DNA of 64,000 nucleotides from Myxococcales bacterium (GCA_043747615.1 JAYTOU010000091.1:32001-96000); one strand, 5' to 3'; counted from the first letter of the stretch, positions 17,529 through 31,089 are shown. The notes: generated by a model not told the origin, from the sequence alone. Numbers and translations: made by a program.

Positions 17529-17665
17529 GCCGTGCGGCTGTGGAAACATTGGGGGGAAGCGCTGAACAAGATCCGGGTAACCTGTGTTCACGCCTGGGTC
17601 GGGGTTCAGTGAAGTTCAGTGATCCTCAGGGCTTAGGCGAGAGAGCATGTCCGCGGTGGATGTAT

Positions 17666-17712
17666 GTACGATCTGTGGTGTCGATTTAGTGGACGACCAC
17701 TATACCTTGGGG
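17666..17712 (+). promoter_or_regulatory. Tandem NrdR boxes upstream of nrdJ
   Basis: CCACTATACCTTGGGG (17697-17712) and weaker GTACGATCTGTGGTGT (17666-17681) resemble acaCwAtATaTwGtgt; 31-bp offset typical of NrdR pairs. Confidence 0.7.
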
Positions 17713-18024
17713 TTACAACATCGTTTCTCGCGTCTCCCACCCGCTTGAACGCTTCCCTTCCAGGACCTGGAGCGAGGCCTTCTAAGGTGTGAGGGCGGGA
17801 GGCAGCTGCGCGGTGGCCTGAACAGATGTATCCGGGACAGTCCGTGGAACCCGCCAGCCGTTTAACGTGTCGTATTCGAGTTGGTTGGCCGAGGCGGTGG
17901 GCGGGAGTGGCTATGGCAGAGGCGCACGGACAGGCCGTCTGGCGTAGCGCCACAGCTTTGATCTTTTTCTGGAGTTTGGTGGTTCGGCGCGCGAGCGGCG
18001 AAAAAACACGGGCTCCCAGGCGAA

Positions 18025-21684
<3,660 letters not shown>

Positions 21685-21693
<9 letters not shown>

Positions 21694-21730
21694 GTGTCGG
21701 TTGCTCCCTGAGAGTCAGTTGCGCCTGAGA
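21685..21730 (+). repeat. Short degenerate tandem repeat (17-18 bp units) spanning the nrdJ stop codon
   Basis: TGCTCCTGAGTGTCGGT / TGCTCCCTGAGAGTCAGT / TGCGCCTGAGA. Confidence 0.55.
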
Positions 21731-21739
21731 TAAAGACAG

Positions 21740-21771
21740 AGCCCCTGAGGAATACTCGGGGGCTTTTTTTT
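21740..21771 (+). terminator. Intrinsic terminator after nrdJ
   Basis: AGCCCCTGAG-GAATA-CTCGGGGGCT 10-bp stem running into a T8 tract. Confidence 0.9.
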
Positions 21772-21833
21772 ACGTTTGGCAACAGAACCTTGTAGCTTCG
21801 TCGCCGTACGATCTTCTCAGGAGAATCTCCGAC

Positions 21834-22289
21834 ATGATCCCCCGCTCCCCCTTCCGCACTCTCTTCGCGTTCGCGTGCATCTTCGGCCTGCCCACGGTGA
21901 TCCTCGGGTGCCCCAAGAAACCTGTCGCCGACACCGACGCCGGGGCTCCCGTCGCCGTCGAGATCGACGCGGCGCCGACCCTTCTGGCTCCTCTCGATGA
22001 AGTCGATGCGGGCTCGGACTCCGGCCCGGACGCAGCGACCAAGAAGCACGGCGGCACCGGCCTCAACACGAACCAGACGCGCGCCAAGCAGTGCTGCACC
22101 GCGCTCCGCACGCAAGCGAAGGCGCTCGGTAATTCACCCGAAGCCCAGCAGCTCCTCGGCGTCGCAGCGATGTGCGACGGCGTCGCGGTACAAGTCGGAC
22201 CGACCGCCGGCGGAAACGCGCCCGAGCTTGCGCCGCTCCGCGCGATGCTCGCAGGCAAGACCGTTCCGCCCCTCTGCCAGGGCCTTTAA
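21834..22289 (+). CDS. Hypothetical lipoprotein
   Basis: AGGAG RBS; hydrophobic signal ending ILG-C; DAG-rich linker; small helical domain with four Cys. Confidence 0.8.
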   Translation: MIPRSPFRTLFAFACIFGLPTVILGCPKKPVADTDAGAPVAVEIDAAPTLLAPLDEVDAGSDSGPDAATKKHGGTGLNTNQTRAKQCCTALRTQAKALGNSPEAQQLLGVAAMCDGVAVQVGPTAGGNAPELAPLRAMLAGKTVPPLCQGL

Positions 22290-22308
22290 GACCGCTGCGT
22301 AGTCGAAG

Positions 22309-23253
22309 CTACGTAGTGAAGTGATCGAAGCCGCGGGGGACGATGGCTTCCTCGGCGGCGCCGCGGGTGAGGGAGATTCCTTTGCCCGCGAAGAGCGTTC
22401 CTATGCGGAAGAAACCAGGCAGATCGCGGTCGCTGGCGGCGACGAGACCGTAGTCTTCGCCGCCGTAAAGGATGCACTCGAGCGGGTCGATGGCGAGCGC
22501 AGCAGCCGCCTCGTGCAGCGACGTTCCCGCATGAGTGAAGAGTGCCGCCTCGTCGAGAACGGCGCGCAAGCCGCTCGCATGGGCGAGGTGAGCGAGGTCT
22601 TGGGTGAGGCCATCGGAGATGTCGATCGCGGCGTGCGCGCCGACCGCAGCAAGGACGATCCCCGCGTCGATCTGAGCCATCGGCCTACGCCAGGCGGCAA
22701 CGGCGGGAGCGACGTCCGGATCCGACGAGCCGCGCTCGAGGGCTGCCAAGCCGGCGCTTGCCAGACCGAGCGGGCCGCAGATGAAGAGCCCATCACCTTC
22801 GCGGGCGCCGCCGCGTTCGATGGCTCTGGCGCACGATCCCAATAGTGTCGTCGTCACACTAACTACCGGGCTGCGCGTGAGGTTTCCTCCGACGATCGGT
22901 GCCCCGACGGCGGTCGCCGCGGCTTCTTGACCACGCGCGAGCTCGTCGAGGGCGCGATCCTCGAAGTCGGCGGGGAGCGAGAGCGCGCTGAGGGCACACC
23001 AGGGCGTGGCTGCCATCGCCGCGACGTCGCTCGCTGCGGCCATGAAGGATCTCCACCCGACGTCGTTCCAGCTCACGAGCTCCCGCCGAAAATGGCTGCC
23101 TTCGACCTGTTCGTCGACCGTCCAGACGAGCTTGCCGGTGGGCGCGTCGAGGACCGCGGCGTCGTCGCCTATGCCGGTCACGACCCCCTTCGCACCGAGC
23201 TTCCGAAACAGCTTCGCGAGACGGCCGATTTTGTCGAACTCGCTCGCGCCCAT
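22309..23253 (-). CDS. thiL: Thiamine-monophosphate kinase
   Basis: SEFDKI, GIGDDAAVL, SDVAAM, IVGGN, IDISDGL, GGEDYGL, GFDHF. Confidence 0.93.
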   Translation of the reverse strand: MGASEFDKIGRLAKLFRKLGAKGVVTGIGDDAAVLDAPTGKLVWTVDEQVEGSHFRRELVSWNDVGWRSFMAAASDVAAMAATPWCALSALSLPADFEDRALDELARGQEAAATAVGAPIVGGNLTRSPVVSVTTTLLGSCARAIERGGAREGDGLFICGPLGLASAGLAALERGSSDPDVAPAVAAWRRPMAQIDAGIVLAAVGAHAAIDISDGLTQDLAHLAHASGLRAVLDEAALFTHAGTSLHEAAAALAIDPLECILYGGEDYGLVAASDRDLPGFFRIGTLFAGKGISLTRGAAEEAIVPRGFDHFTT

Positions 23254-23262
23254 CTGGTCGTT

Positions 23263-24741
23263 CTAGGCATTGATGTCGGACGCGGGGAGGCGCACGACGA
23301 AGACGGTGCCCTGAGGCATGTTGTCTTCGATGTGAATGGTGCCGCCGTGCGCGTCGACCAGCCGCTTGACGATGGAGAGGCCGAGGCCGGTCCCCCCGTA
23401 CTCGCGCGTCGACGACGAATCAATCTGGTAAAAGGGCTCGAACACTTTCGAGCGCTCGCGGGCGGGGATGCCGATTCCCGTGTCTGCCACCCGGATCTCG
23501 AAGCTCGATTGCACGGGTGCGAGCAGGGCAAAGCCACTAGCGTCGTCGTCCTCCGCTCCCTCTGCTCCGCCGTCGATCCCCAGGTTTCGGACGGTGAGAG
23601 TGACCGAGCCGCCGGTGGGGGTGAACTTCACGGCGTTGTCGGCGAGGTTGAGAAAAACCTGACGAAGGCGCTCGGGATCGCCTTTGACCTCAGGAATGTC
23701 GACACCGAGCTCGAGCTTGAGCGTGATGCCGCGTTTTCGCGCCGTCGGGGTGAGGGTGCTCACCACTTGCTGGAGAAGATCTTGGACCTTCATCGAGCGC
23801 TTTTTGACGCTCATCGAGCCGCTCTCGAGCTTCGAGAGATCGAGCAGGCTGGTGATGAGACCGAGGAGCTGCTCCCCTTTTTCGTGAATGGTGCCCACGA
23901 AGTCTCTTTGCTCGCCAGCGAGCGGACCGGCGATGCCTTCGGTGAGCATCTCGCTGTAGCCGATGATCGACGTGAGCGGCGTGCGGAGCTCGTGGCTCAC
24001 CGTGGCGAGGAAGTTCGACTTGAGACGATCGAGCTCCTTGAGCTTGCTGAAGCTCTCTTGCAGGCGGGCGTTCTTCTCTTGAAGCTCGCGGTAACTCTCG
24101 CGCACGCTCGCCAGGTGCATGGTGCTCGTGAGGAGCGCCTTGTGCCCGCTGAAGAGAATGAGATCGAGCGCGCTCTTCAGGTGGGTAGCGATGCGGGTGA
24201 CGGTCTCCTCTTTTGCACGAGGCACGCGGGGGAGCAGCGAGCGCGCGCGGGCCGGATCGATCCCCTTGTCGACATCGAGCAGCGACTGCGGCACTTCAGT
24301 CACCGACGGCGGCAGGTACGGGCCGATGATGATCCGACCGATCTTGCGCGCGTCGTATTCGAGAACGACGATCCGGTAGGCGTTGCCCGTGAAGCAGCCA
24401 TGCACCACGTCCCCCGAGGGGCCGCCTTCGTTCGCTTTGACGGCGCTCACCGTGGCCCCGCACGCCGCACGGCCGGCGATGAGCGTATTCACGTAGGCGC
24501 AGATTTCGTGCTCCTTCGAGGCATCGGCGAGGAGCGCGCCGTCGGTCGAGTAGATGCGCACCGGGATGCCGAAGAGGGCGAAGAAGCTCGTGCAGAGCTC
24601 TTCCAGCCCCTCGCGATCAACGAGATCTTCAAGGCGCATCCGGCCATCGAAGCTCAAGTCCGGGGACGACGACGGGGTGGGCACCGGTGGATCCGACAGG
24701 AGTGATGCGTGAGCGTCCGGCTCGGAGGGGAGCCCGCTCAT
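23263..24741 (-). CDS. Cytoplasmic histidine kinase with N-terminal PocR sensory domain
   Basis: Start at 24741 overlaps the GTPase stop (ATGA); PocR-like N-terminus with three Cys (HEICAY, RAACGA, HGCFTG); SHELRTPL, NAVKFT, DTGIGI, GGTGLGL. Confidence 0.88.
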   Translation of the reverse strand: MSGLPSEPDAHASLLSDPPVPTPSSSPDLSFDGRMRLEDLVDREGLEELCTSFFALFGIPVRIYSTDGALLADASKEHEICAYVNTLIAGRAACGATVSAVKANEGGPSGDVVHGCFTGNAYRIVVLEYDARKIGRIIIGPYLPPSVTEVPQSLLDVDKGIDPARARSLLPRVPRAKEETVTRIATHLKSALDLILFSGHKALLTSTMHLASVRESYRELQEKNARLQESFSKLKELDRLKSNFLATVSHELRTPLTSIIGYSEMLTEGIAGPLAGEQRDFVGTIHEKGEQLLGLITSLLDLSKLESGSMSVKKRSMKVQDLLQQVVSTLTPTARKRGITLKLELGVDIPEVKGDPERLRQVFLNLADNAVKFTPTGGSVTLTVRNLGIDGGAEGAEDDDASGFALLAPVQSSFEIRVADTGIGIPARERSKVFEPFYQIDSSSTREYGGTGLGLSIVKRLVDAHGGTIHIEDNMPQGTVFVVRLPASDINA

Positions 24742-25469
24742 GCCTTCACCTCGGGGCGAGCGAACTTGAGGGATCCACCGACGCACGCCGACAGGAGCGT
24801 CGAGACGTCTCCCTTGAAACCGAGCTGCTTCGCCGCCATCGGTAGAAACTCGGCCGCCTCGATGCCGAGGGTGCGTGCAAGCTGATGTTCCGCCTCGAGC
24901 TTCGACCAGGTCAGGCTGAGCAGACCGAAGAAGGATTCGAGCACTCCTTTTCCGTTGAGCGCTGTGGCCTTGAAGACCGGCTCGCGACCGCGACGCGCGA
25001 GCTGCTCGATTTCTTCCACGGGGCGGACGTTCGCGAGATCCTGCTTGTTGAACTGGATGACGAGCGGGGTGTCTCGAAGCGAGATCCCGAGCTCTTTCAT
25101 GTTCGCGCGCAGGTCGAGGAACGAGGCTGCGTTGTTCTCAGTCTCCGAAATTTGAGAGTCGGCGATGAAGGCGACGCCGTCGGCCCCCTGGAGGACCAGT
25201 CGACGGGTCGAACCGTGAAGGACCTGTCCGGGGACGGTGAAGACCTTGAGCCTGAGACTCATTCCACCATCGGCCGATCGAAAAACGAGTGGCAGCATGT
25301 CGAAAAACAGGGTGCGGTCGTCCCTGGTTTCGAGCGTCATGAGCCGGCCGTGGCTCTCCTCGCTCGTCAGCTCGTGGAGCGCCCGCAAGTTAGTCGTTTT
25401 TCCACTGAGCGCGGGCCCGTAATAAACGAGCTTGATGGTGACTTCACGGGCTGCGAAGTTTAGCTGCAC
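24738..25469 (-). CDS. MglA-family small Ras-like GTPase (paralogue) with C-terminal extension
   Basis: KLVYYGPALSGKTTNL (G1), DRTLFFD, TVPGQV (MglA-type G3), QFNKQDL (G4). Confidence 0.9.
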   Translation of the reverse strand: MQLNFAAREVTIKLVYYGPALSGKTTNLRALHELTSEESHGRLMTLETRDDRTLFFDMLPLVFRSADGGMSLRLKVFTVPGQVLHGSTRRLVLQGADGVAFIADSQISETENNAASFLDLRANMKELGISLRDTPLVIQFNKQDLANVRPVEEIEQLARRGREPVFKATALNGKGVLESFFGLLSLTWSKLEAEHQLARTLGIEAAEFLPMAAKQLGFKGDVSTLLSACVGGSLKFARPEVKA

Positions 25470-25552
25470 TTGGACTCGCTCACTCTAGCCGACCTTCGTG
25501 AGGCTGTGTCGCGTGATATTCATGACGGGACCCAACAGAGAGGCCGCACCAG

Positions 25553-26017
25553 ATGCTCCATGAAGGCGATGCCGCTCCGAAGTTCACCCTCGAGGGGGAC
25601 GACGGCGCAAAAGTAAGTCTCGCTGATTTCTCGGGCCGAATGCTCGTTTTGTACTTTTATCCCGAGGACAACACTCCCGGATGCACCCTGCAAGCGCAGG
25701 GCTTTTCAGCCGCGAGCACGCACTTCACGAAGGCCGGCGCCGCCGTCGTCGGCATCTCTAAGGACTCGACCAAGAGCCACGCTGGATTTCGCGACAAGTA
25801 CAAGCTCGGGTTCACACTCCTCAGCGACCCGGAGCTCACGGTCCACAACGCCTTCGGCACGTACGGCGAGAAGACGCTCTACGGAAAAAAATTGATGGGG
25901 ACGATCCGCAGCACGTTCATCATCGGGAAGAAGGGGAAAATCCTGCGCGTCTTTGCGAAAGTGAAGGTCGCCGGACACGTCGACGAGGTGTTCGCGGCCG
26001 TGAAGGAGCTGGGGTGA
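25553..26017 (+). CDS. bcp: BCP/PrxQ peroxiredoxin, single Cys
   Basis: LYFYPEDNTPGCTLQA, LLSDP, RSTFIIG; no resolving Cys. Confidence 0.92.
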   Translation: MLHEGDAAPKFTLEGDDGAKVSLADFSGRMLVLYFYPEDNTPGCTLQAQGFSAASTHFTKAGAAVVGISKDSTKSHAGFRDKYKLGFTLLSDPELTVHNAFGTYGEKTLYGKKLMGTIRSTFIIGKKGKILRVFAKVKVAGHVDEVFAAVKELG

Positions 26018-27030
26018 CGGGAGGCGAGACGGCGACCGTCGTGTGGCTCGCACCTGCGCAGCCATCGCAGGATGCGCGGCGAGCGCTCGAGGAGTGGGCG
26101 CGCGTCCGCGGAATCGCCCTTCATGCGCCGCTCGAAGAGCACACGCCCGCGATCGCCATCGATCTCGGGATCGCCGACAGCATCGAAAAAAGTCTCGACC
26201 GTTCGCGAGACGCGCTCGCCGCACTGGATGTCGACGCCACCGAACGCGCCCTCCTTCAAGCCGAAACGTTGGTGAGGGCCCACCCCGAGCTCCCCCAGGC
26301 CGCGTGGCTCCGCGCGGAGGTCGAGCGGGGATGGGCAGCGCGCTGGCTTCGTGGTGAGCCTCGTGATCCTGAGCGCGCCGAACGTGCCTGGCAGCGTGCG
26401 GCAGTGCTCGACGGAGGGAGAGTCGCAGGCATCGGTGAAGCGATGCCCCTCCCCTCTCGCGCGGACGCAGACTCCCGGCTCGAGGTCGACGCCGCACCAA
26501 ATGCCGTGATCTCGGTGGACGGTGTCGTCGCCGTCGCCGCGAATCACGCGGCTCTCCACCGCACCGAAGGCGAGCACCAAGTCGTCGTCTCCAAGCCGAA
26601 CGGTCAGGTCACCTACGCCTCGTGGATTTCGATCGGACCAAGCTCGCGCGTCCTCATTCGAATTCCGAAGCCCACGGCGTGCTCGGCGGACGACGTGGAG
26701 AGCGCGCGCTCCGCGAATCCGGAGACGAGGCTCGCGGTCACCTGTCCGAGCTGGGTGGCGGCGTCGGAAGGTCCGCGCCCAGGAGTGGTGCAGGTTGCCA
26801 CGTGCGACCTCGGTCGGTGCGGCTCGTTCGTGGAGTGGAGCGCCGCGACGCCGCATGTTTTTTCGCCCGTCCCCTTCGTGGGCGAGAAGAAGCACGCCTG
26901 GCCGCCGTGGGCCACGTGGGCGAGCGTGGGCGTTGGGGTCGTGGCTGCGGGGACTCTCACGCTCTATGCGGCAGGCGCGTTCGACACGCGAGGACACGAC
27001 ACCCGGTTCGTCAACGGCGGTGTCCGCTAA
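26014..27030 (+). CDS. Hypothetical protein with C-terminal transmembrane anchor
   Basis: GTGA overlap with bcp; helical N-half, PEGA-like ISVDG segment, C-terminal WPPWATWASVGVGVVAAGTLTLYAAG. Confidence 0.65.
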   Translation: MTGGETATVVWLAPAQPSQDARRALEEWARVRGIALHAPLEEHTPAIAIDLGIADSIEKSLDRSRDALAALDVDATERALLQAETLVRAHPELPQAAWLRAEVERGWAARWLRGEPRDPERAERAWQRAAVLDGGRVAGIGEAMPLPSRADADSRLEVDAAPNAVISVDGVVAVAANHAALHRTEGEHQVVVSKPNGQVTYASWISIGPSSRVLIRIPKPTACSADDVESARSANPETRLAVTCPSWVAASEGPRPGVVQVATCDLGRCGSFVEWSAATPHVFSPVPFVGEKKHAWPPWATWASVGVGVVAAGTLTLYAAGAFDTRGHDTRFVNGGVR

Positions 27031-27202
27031 AGCAACTCCGCCTCGAAACGCGGGCCCGCTGGGAAGATCCGGGGGCCGGGAGCTGTCTTTAACCTGGGCG
27101 AGCGATTGCGGACCGTGCAGGCCGTCGTTACGCTTCTCTTCGCGTGTAGTGTTAGAACTTTTTCGGGATTTGCCCGTAAAAGATAGAGAAAAGAGACCCG
27201 CC

Positions 27203-28096
27203 ATGGCGCAAGCACCCCAGCTCGATTTCAACGCGTACGTCGAACGTAAAAAAGGGGAGCGCGCAGGCGGTCCAGATTCTACCGGCCACGAATACGCGTA
27301 CATCTCCGACCGGCAAATGCGCGCCACCTTCGAGCGCATGAAGCCCGTGGAGCTCGCCGTGACCAGCACTGTGAGGATGTTCAAGCAGGTGTGGAGGAGC
27401 CAGCTGCTCGGGAGCGCCGTCAAGGTCTCCGATCGGCAGTTTCCCAGGCTGAATCGCCTGGTGCAAACGTGCGCCGACACCCTCGAGATCAACCCTCCTA
27501 CCGTCTACATCGTGAACAGCCCGACGCTCAACGCAGCGACGTACGGCACGAACGAAGAGTCCTTCATCATGGTTCACTCTGCGCTCGTCGATCATTACTC
27601 GGACGAAGAGCTGCTCACCGTCATCGGTCACGAGTGCGGCCACATTCACAACTCGCACGTCGTCTACCTCACGGCGCTCCACTACCTCACCCAGATGGCG
27701 GGCGTCTTCGTCAAATGGGCCGTCGAGCCGGCGTTGATGGCCCTTCGCGCCTGGTCGCGCCGCGCAGAAATCACCTGCGATCGCGCGGGAATGCTCTGCG
27801 CAAAGAGTGACGTCGTCGCGGCGCGTGCGCTCACGAAGCTCGCGCTTGGCTCGGTCAAGCTCTACAGCGAGTTCAACATCGACGCCTTCCTCGATCAGTA
27901 CGAAGAAGGAAAAGATGGCATGGGCCGATACATGGAAGTCTTCGCGACTCACCCGTGGCTCCCGAAGCGCGTTCTCGCGATGCGTGCGTTCGGCGAGAGC
28001 GAGCTCTACCGAAAAGCGGCGGGAGTCGGCATCGGCGGACTGTCGATGAAGGAAGTAGACGATCGCGTGCTCGCGCTCCTCAAGGGGGATGCCTGA
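27203..28096 (+). CDS. M48 family (HtpX/Ste24/Oma1-like) zinc metallopeptidase
   Basis: Start reassigned to ATG 27203; LNAATYG, DEELLTVIGHECGHI (HExxH), SRRAEITCDRAG (third ligand Glu), THPWLPKR. Confidence 0.9.
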   Translation: MAQAPQLDFNAYVERKKGERAGGPDSTGHEYAYISDRQMRATFERMKPVELAVTSTVRMFKQVWRSQLLGSAVKVSDRQFPRLNRLVQTCADTLEINPPTVYIVNSPTLNAATYGTNEESFIMVHSALVDHYSDEELLTVIGHECGHIHNSHVVYLTALHYLTQMAGVFVKWAVEPALMALRAWSRRAEITCDRAGMLCAKSDVVAARALTKLALGSVKLYSEFNIDAFLDQYEEGKDGMGRYMEVFATHPWLPKRVLAMRAFGESELYRKAAGVGIGGLSMKEVDDRVLALLKGDA

Positions 28097-29967
28097 TGGA
28101 AAACGAGACCAAGCCGACGGGCATAGTGAACGGCAACGGAGGTCCGGCGGTCGAAGCGAGCGCTGCCGCTCATGCGGGGGCTCTCACGGCCTTTCGCGAA
28201 AAGAAGGTCGACGTAACGCTCGCACTCCAGAGGCTGAGTGAAATTGCGATCGGCCTTGGCGCCAAGAGCCTCACGGAGCGCATCGCGCGCGATCTCGTCC
28301 ACAAGCTCGAAGAGGACCGGTTTCACCTCGTGGTGGTCGGCGAGTTCAACCACGGCAAATCGAGCTTCGTGAACGCGCTCCTCGGTCACAGCGCACTGCC
28401 GATCGGGGTCACCCCCACCACCGCCGCCATCCATCACTTGAAGTACGGAGAGAAGCCGGAGGCGACGGTCGTCTACACCTCCGGCAAGCGAGAGGCGCTC
28501 GCCTTCGAAGACGTGCGAAAGTTTTCCGTCGGCGGACAGAAGTCGAATGAAGAGGTCGACTTCATCGAGGTGAGCTACCCGGCGGCGCTACTGAAGGAGC
28601 GGATTCTCCTCGTCGACACGCCAGGAGTGAACGATCTGTCGCTCCAGCGAGCAGACATCACCTACAGCTACATCCCGCGAGCGGACGCCGTCCTCTTCCT
28701 CCTCGACGCGGGGCAAATCCTCAAGGAGAGTGAGCGCGTTTTTCTCCAGGAAAAACTGCTGAAAGCGTCACGCGACAAGATCGTCTTCGTGATCACGAAG
28801 TGGGACATCCTCAGCACCGAAGAGCGGGCCGAGGCGCTCGCCTACGCGAAGGATCAACTTGCGCGTCTGGTGAAAGACCCCATCGTTTTCGCCATCAGCG
28901 CGGAGACCGCCCTCGCCGGCAACACCTCCGAGAGCGGGATGCCCGAGCTCGTCCAGCACCTGACGCGATTCTTGGCGGAGGAGCGAGGGCGCATTCTCCT
29001 CGACAACGCGCTCGGCGAGGGGCTCAACGTGAGTCAGCTTCTCCTGAAGGGCGTCGATGCGCGAAGGCGGGCCGTGGCGATGAAGAGCGACGAGCTCGAA
29101 CGACGGATCGGTCTTCTGTCGAAGGATCTCGCCGGACAAGCGGGCACCATCGAGCAGCGGCGCATGAAGATCCGCGAGGACGTGAACGGCATCAAGGTAG
29201 GCGCGCGAAAAGATCTCGATCGCTTCGTAGACGACGTCATTCGCCAGCTCCCGAACGTGATCGATTCCGCCAAAGGCGAAGATTTGAAGCAATATTTGCC
29301 CGCCTTTTTGCAGTCCACGTTTCACGAGTGGGCCGAAAAAGAATCGAAGGAGATCGCGGCTCAGCTCGAAGTGCTCGCGGAGACGACGATCGCTCTCGTG
29401 CGTGAGGATGCTCACGAAGCGACCAAGCGGGTGTCCGATGCGCTGGGCGCGGGGGGGGACGTCAAGCGCCTCGACGTGCAGATCGACACATTCAATTACG
29501 ATGTCGGAATTTTTGCGCTCTTCGCCGTGGGCCTGGGGGTGATGTTCGCAAACGCTCTGCTCGGTGGGCTGCTCGCGCTCGCCGCGCCCGTCCTCGCCCT
29601 CGTCCTCAAGGACAAAGTGGAGGGCGAATACAAGAAGCGCGCGAAAGAGCTCGCGCCGGAAGTGGTCCGTGCGGCAGCCGCAAAGGCCGGTCCGAAGATG
29701 GACGAGATGATCGAAGAGTTCGCGCAAAAGCTCCATGCCTGGGTGGTGACGGCGGGTGAAGAGCTGCACCGCGAAGTCCTCGAAGTACTGCGCGCGGCGC
29801 AAGAGGCGCGAGCGGCCGGTACGCGCACCGAAGCTGAGGCACTCGAGGACGTCGAGAAGCAGGCCGAGCAACTGAAAGCGGCGACGACCGAGCTCGAAGA
29901 AATGCGCGCGGCTCTCTGGGCCCCGCGCGACAAAGTTCGCATCGGTTTGGACCAACTGAACGCGTAA
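28096..29967 (+). CDS. Bacterial dynamin-like GTPase with membrane-inserting segment
   Basis: TGATG overlap with M48 gene; GEFNHGKS (G1), TPTT (G2), DTPG (G3), TKWD (G4); coiled-coil stalk; hydrophobic stretch VGIFALFAVGLGVMFANALLGGLLALAAPVLALVL. Confidence 0.9.
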   Translation: MENETKPTGIVNGNGGPAVEASAAAHAGALTAFREKKVDVTLALQRLSEIAIGLGAKSLTERIARDLVHKLEEDRFHLVVVGEFNHGKSSFVNALLGHSALPIGVTPTTAAIHHLKYGEKPEATVVYTSGKREALAFEDVRKFSVGGQKSNEEVDFIEVSYPAALLKERILLVDTPGVNDLSLQRADITYSYIPRADAVLFLLDAGQILKESERVFLQEKLLKASRDKIVFVITKWDILSTEERAEALAYAKDQLARLVKDPIVFAISAETALAGNTSESGMPELVQHLTRFLAEERGRILLDNALGEGLNVSQLLLKGVDARRRAVAMKSDELERRIGLLSKDLAGQAGTIEQRRMKIREDVNGIKVGARKDLDRFVDDVIRQLPNVIDSAKGEDLKQYLPAFLQSTFHEWAEKESKEIAAQLEVLAETTIALVREDAHEATKRVSDALGAGGDVKRLDVQIDTFNYDVGIFALFAVGLGVMFANALLGGLLALAAPVLALVLKDKVEGEYKKRAKELAPEVVRAAAAKAGPKMDEMIEEFAQKLHAWVVTAGEELHREVLEVLRAAQEARAAGTRTEAEALEDVEKQAEQLKAATTELEEMRAALWAPRDKVRIGLDQLNA

Positions 29968-29989
29968 CGCCGTTTGCCACGGCTGGCGC

Positions 29990-30961
29990 TCAGATCCCCA
30001 GAAGGGCCGCAAACCCCTGCGGACCTAGCGTCTGTAGGGACTCGTGGCGCATGGCGAAACGGCGCCAGTCCTTGGCGACGCGCTCGCCCACTCCTCCGTC
30101 GCGCATCGCGTAATCGGTGATGCGGGTAATCGTAAAGCGAAGGGCGGCGATGCTCGCCTCGGTGTGCAATGCCTTCTTCTCCCCGGCGGTGAGCACACGC
30201 ACGGACTCGTAGCCACGAACAAGAGCGGCGGCGAGGGCACCGTCGAGCGTGTCCCCGACGCACCAGGCGAGCATGGTGACCATGATGTCGTAGGCGAACG
30301 CGCCATCGTGGGCGCTCTCGAAATCGAGGAGCGCGGCGATTTCCCCGTGCGCCCCGAAGAGGACGTTGTCTCGAAAAAGGTCTCCGTGAACGAGGCCGCT
30401 AGGAAGGCCGGGATCCCGCTTCGCACACGCACCTTTCAGCGCGGATGCGAGGAACGGGGCGTGGGGGGCAAGCTCGGCTCCGCCTTCCCGAGCGATCTTC
30501 TCGACCCGAAGGAGAAGGTCCTCCGTACGAAAACGCCCAGGTCCGCGGGGCTCACCCCCTCCCGCAGCGTGCACCCGGGCGAGCGCGGCGCCGAGCTTCG
30601 ACGTGTCATCCGTAGTGACAGCCTGTTGGCACCGCATCGTCCCCTCGCGCCACGGGAAGAGCGCGGCCGGCTTGCCCGCAAGCAGCGCGACCGTCGACCC
30701 GTCACGCCGGGCAATGGGCGCCGGCGTGGGGACGCCCAGGGCCGCCAGGTGCGCGAGCATCTTGGCTTCGGCGAGGGCCCCCTCCCAACCCTGTTCTTCG
30801 TAGACCCGCAAAAAATAACGACTTTTTTCTTCCGCTTGAATTTCGAAGTTCGAATTCACGCTTCCCGCCGGTATCCCGGCGAAGGAAACGAGCCTCCCGA
30901 CCGCGAAATTGCCGAGAAATTGGGCGATCTGGGTTTCCGAGAGCGCAGTGAAGGTGGCCAT
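29990..30961 (-). CDS. thrB: Homoserine kinase type II (APH fold)
   Basis: MATFTALS, GIPAGSVNSNF, VHGDLFRDNVLF, LLDFE, AALRFTITR. Confidence 0.88.
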   Translation of the reverse strand: MATFTALSETQIAQFLGNFAVGRLVSFAGIPAGSVNSNFEIQAEEKSRYFLRVYEEQGWEGALAEAKMLAHLAALGVPTPAPIARRDGSTVALLAGKPAALFPWREGTMRCQQAVTTDDTSKLGAALARVHAAGGGEPRGPGRFRTEDLLLRVEKIAREGGAELAPHAPFLASALKGACAKRDPGLPSGLVHGDLFRDNVLFGAHGEIAALLDFESAHDGAFAYDIMVTMLAWCVGDTLDGALAAALVRGYESVRVLTAGEKKALHTEASIAALRFTITRITDYAMRDGGVGERVAKDWRRFAMRHESLQTLGPQGFAALLGI

Positions 30962-31089
30962 GAAAGCTGGACCGCGTCTCTACCATTTGAGCGGTCCGGA
31001 CGAAGAACTCTGTCATCGGTGCTGGACGTCGGTTGCGGATTCCTGGTACACGGCCCGTCGGGATCCGAGAAAGCGCGAGCTTTTAAGAC

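Noticed and set aside
17604..17622. GTTCAGTGA direct repeat as a LexA box
   Set aside because: Spacing fits neither the alphaproteobacterial GTTC-N7-GTTC nor the Myxococcus LexA consensus
17713..18024. Cobalamin riboswitch upstream of nrdJ
   Set aside because: No B12-box or conserved core recognised, and B12-dependent enzymes are not the usual targets; an Rfam scan would settle it
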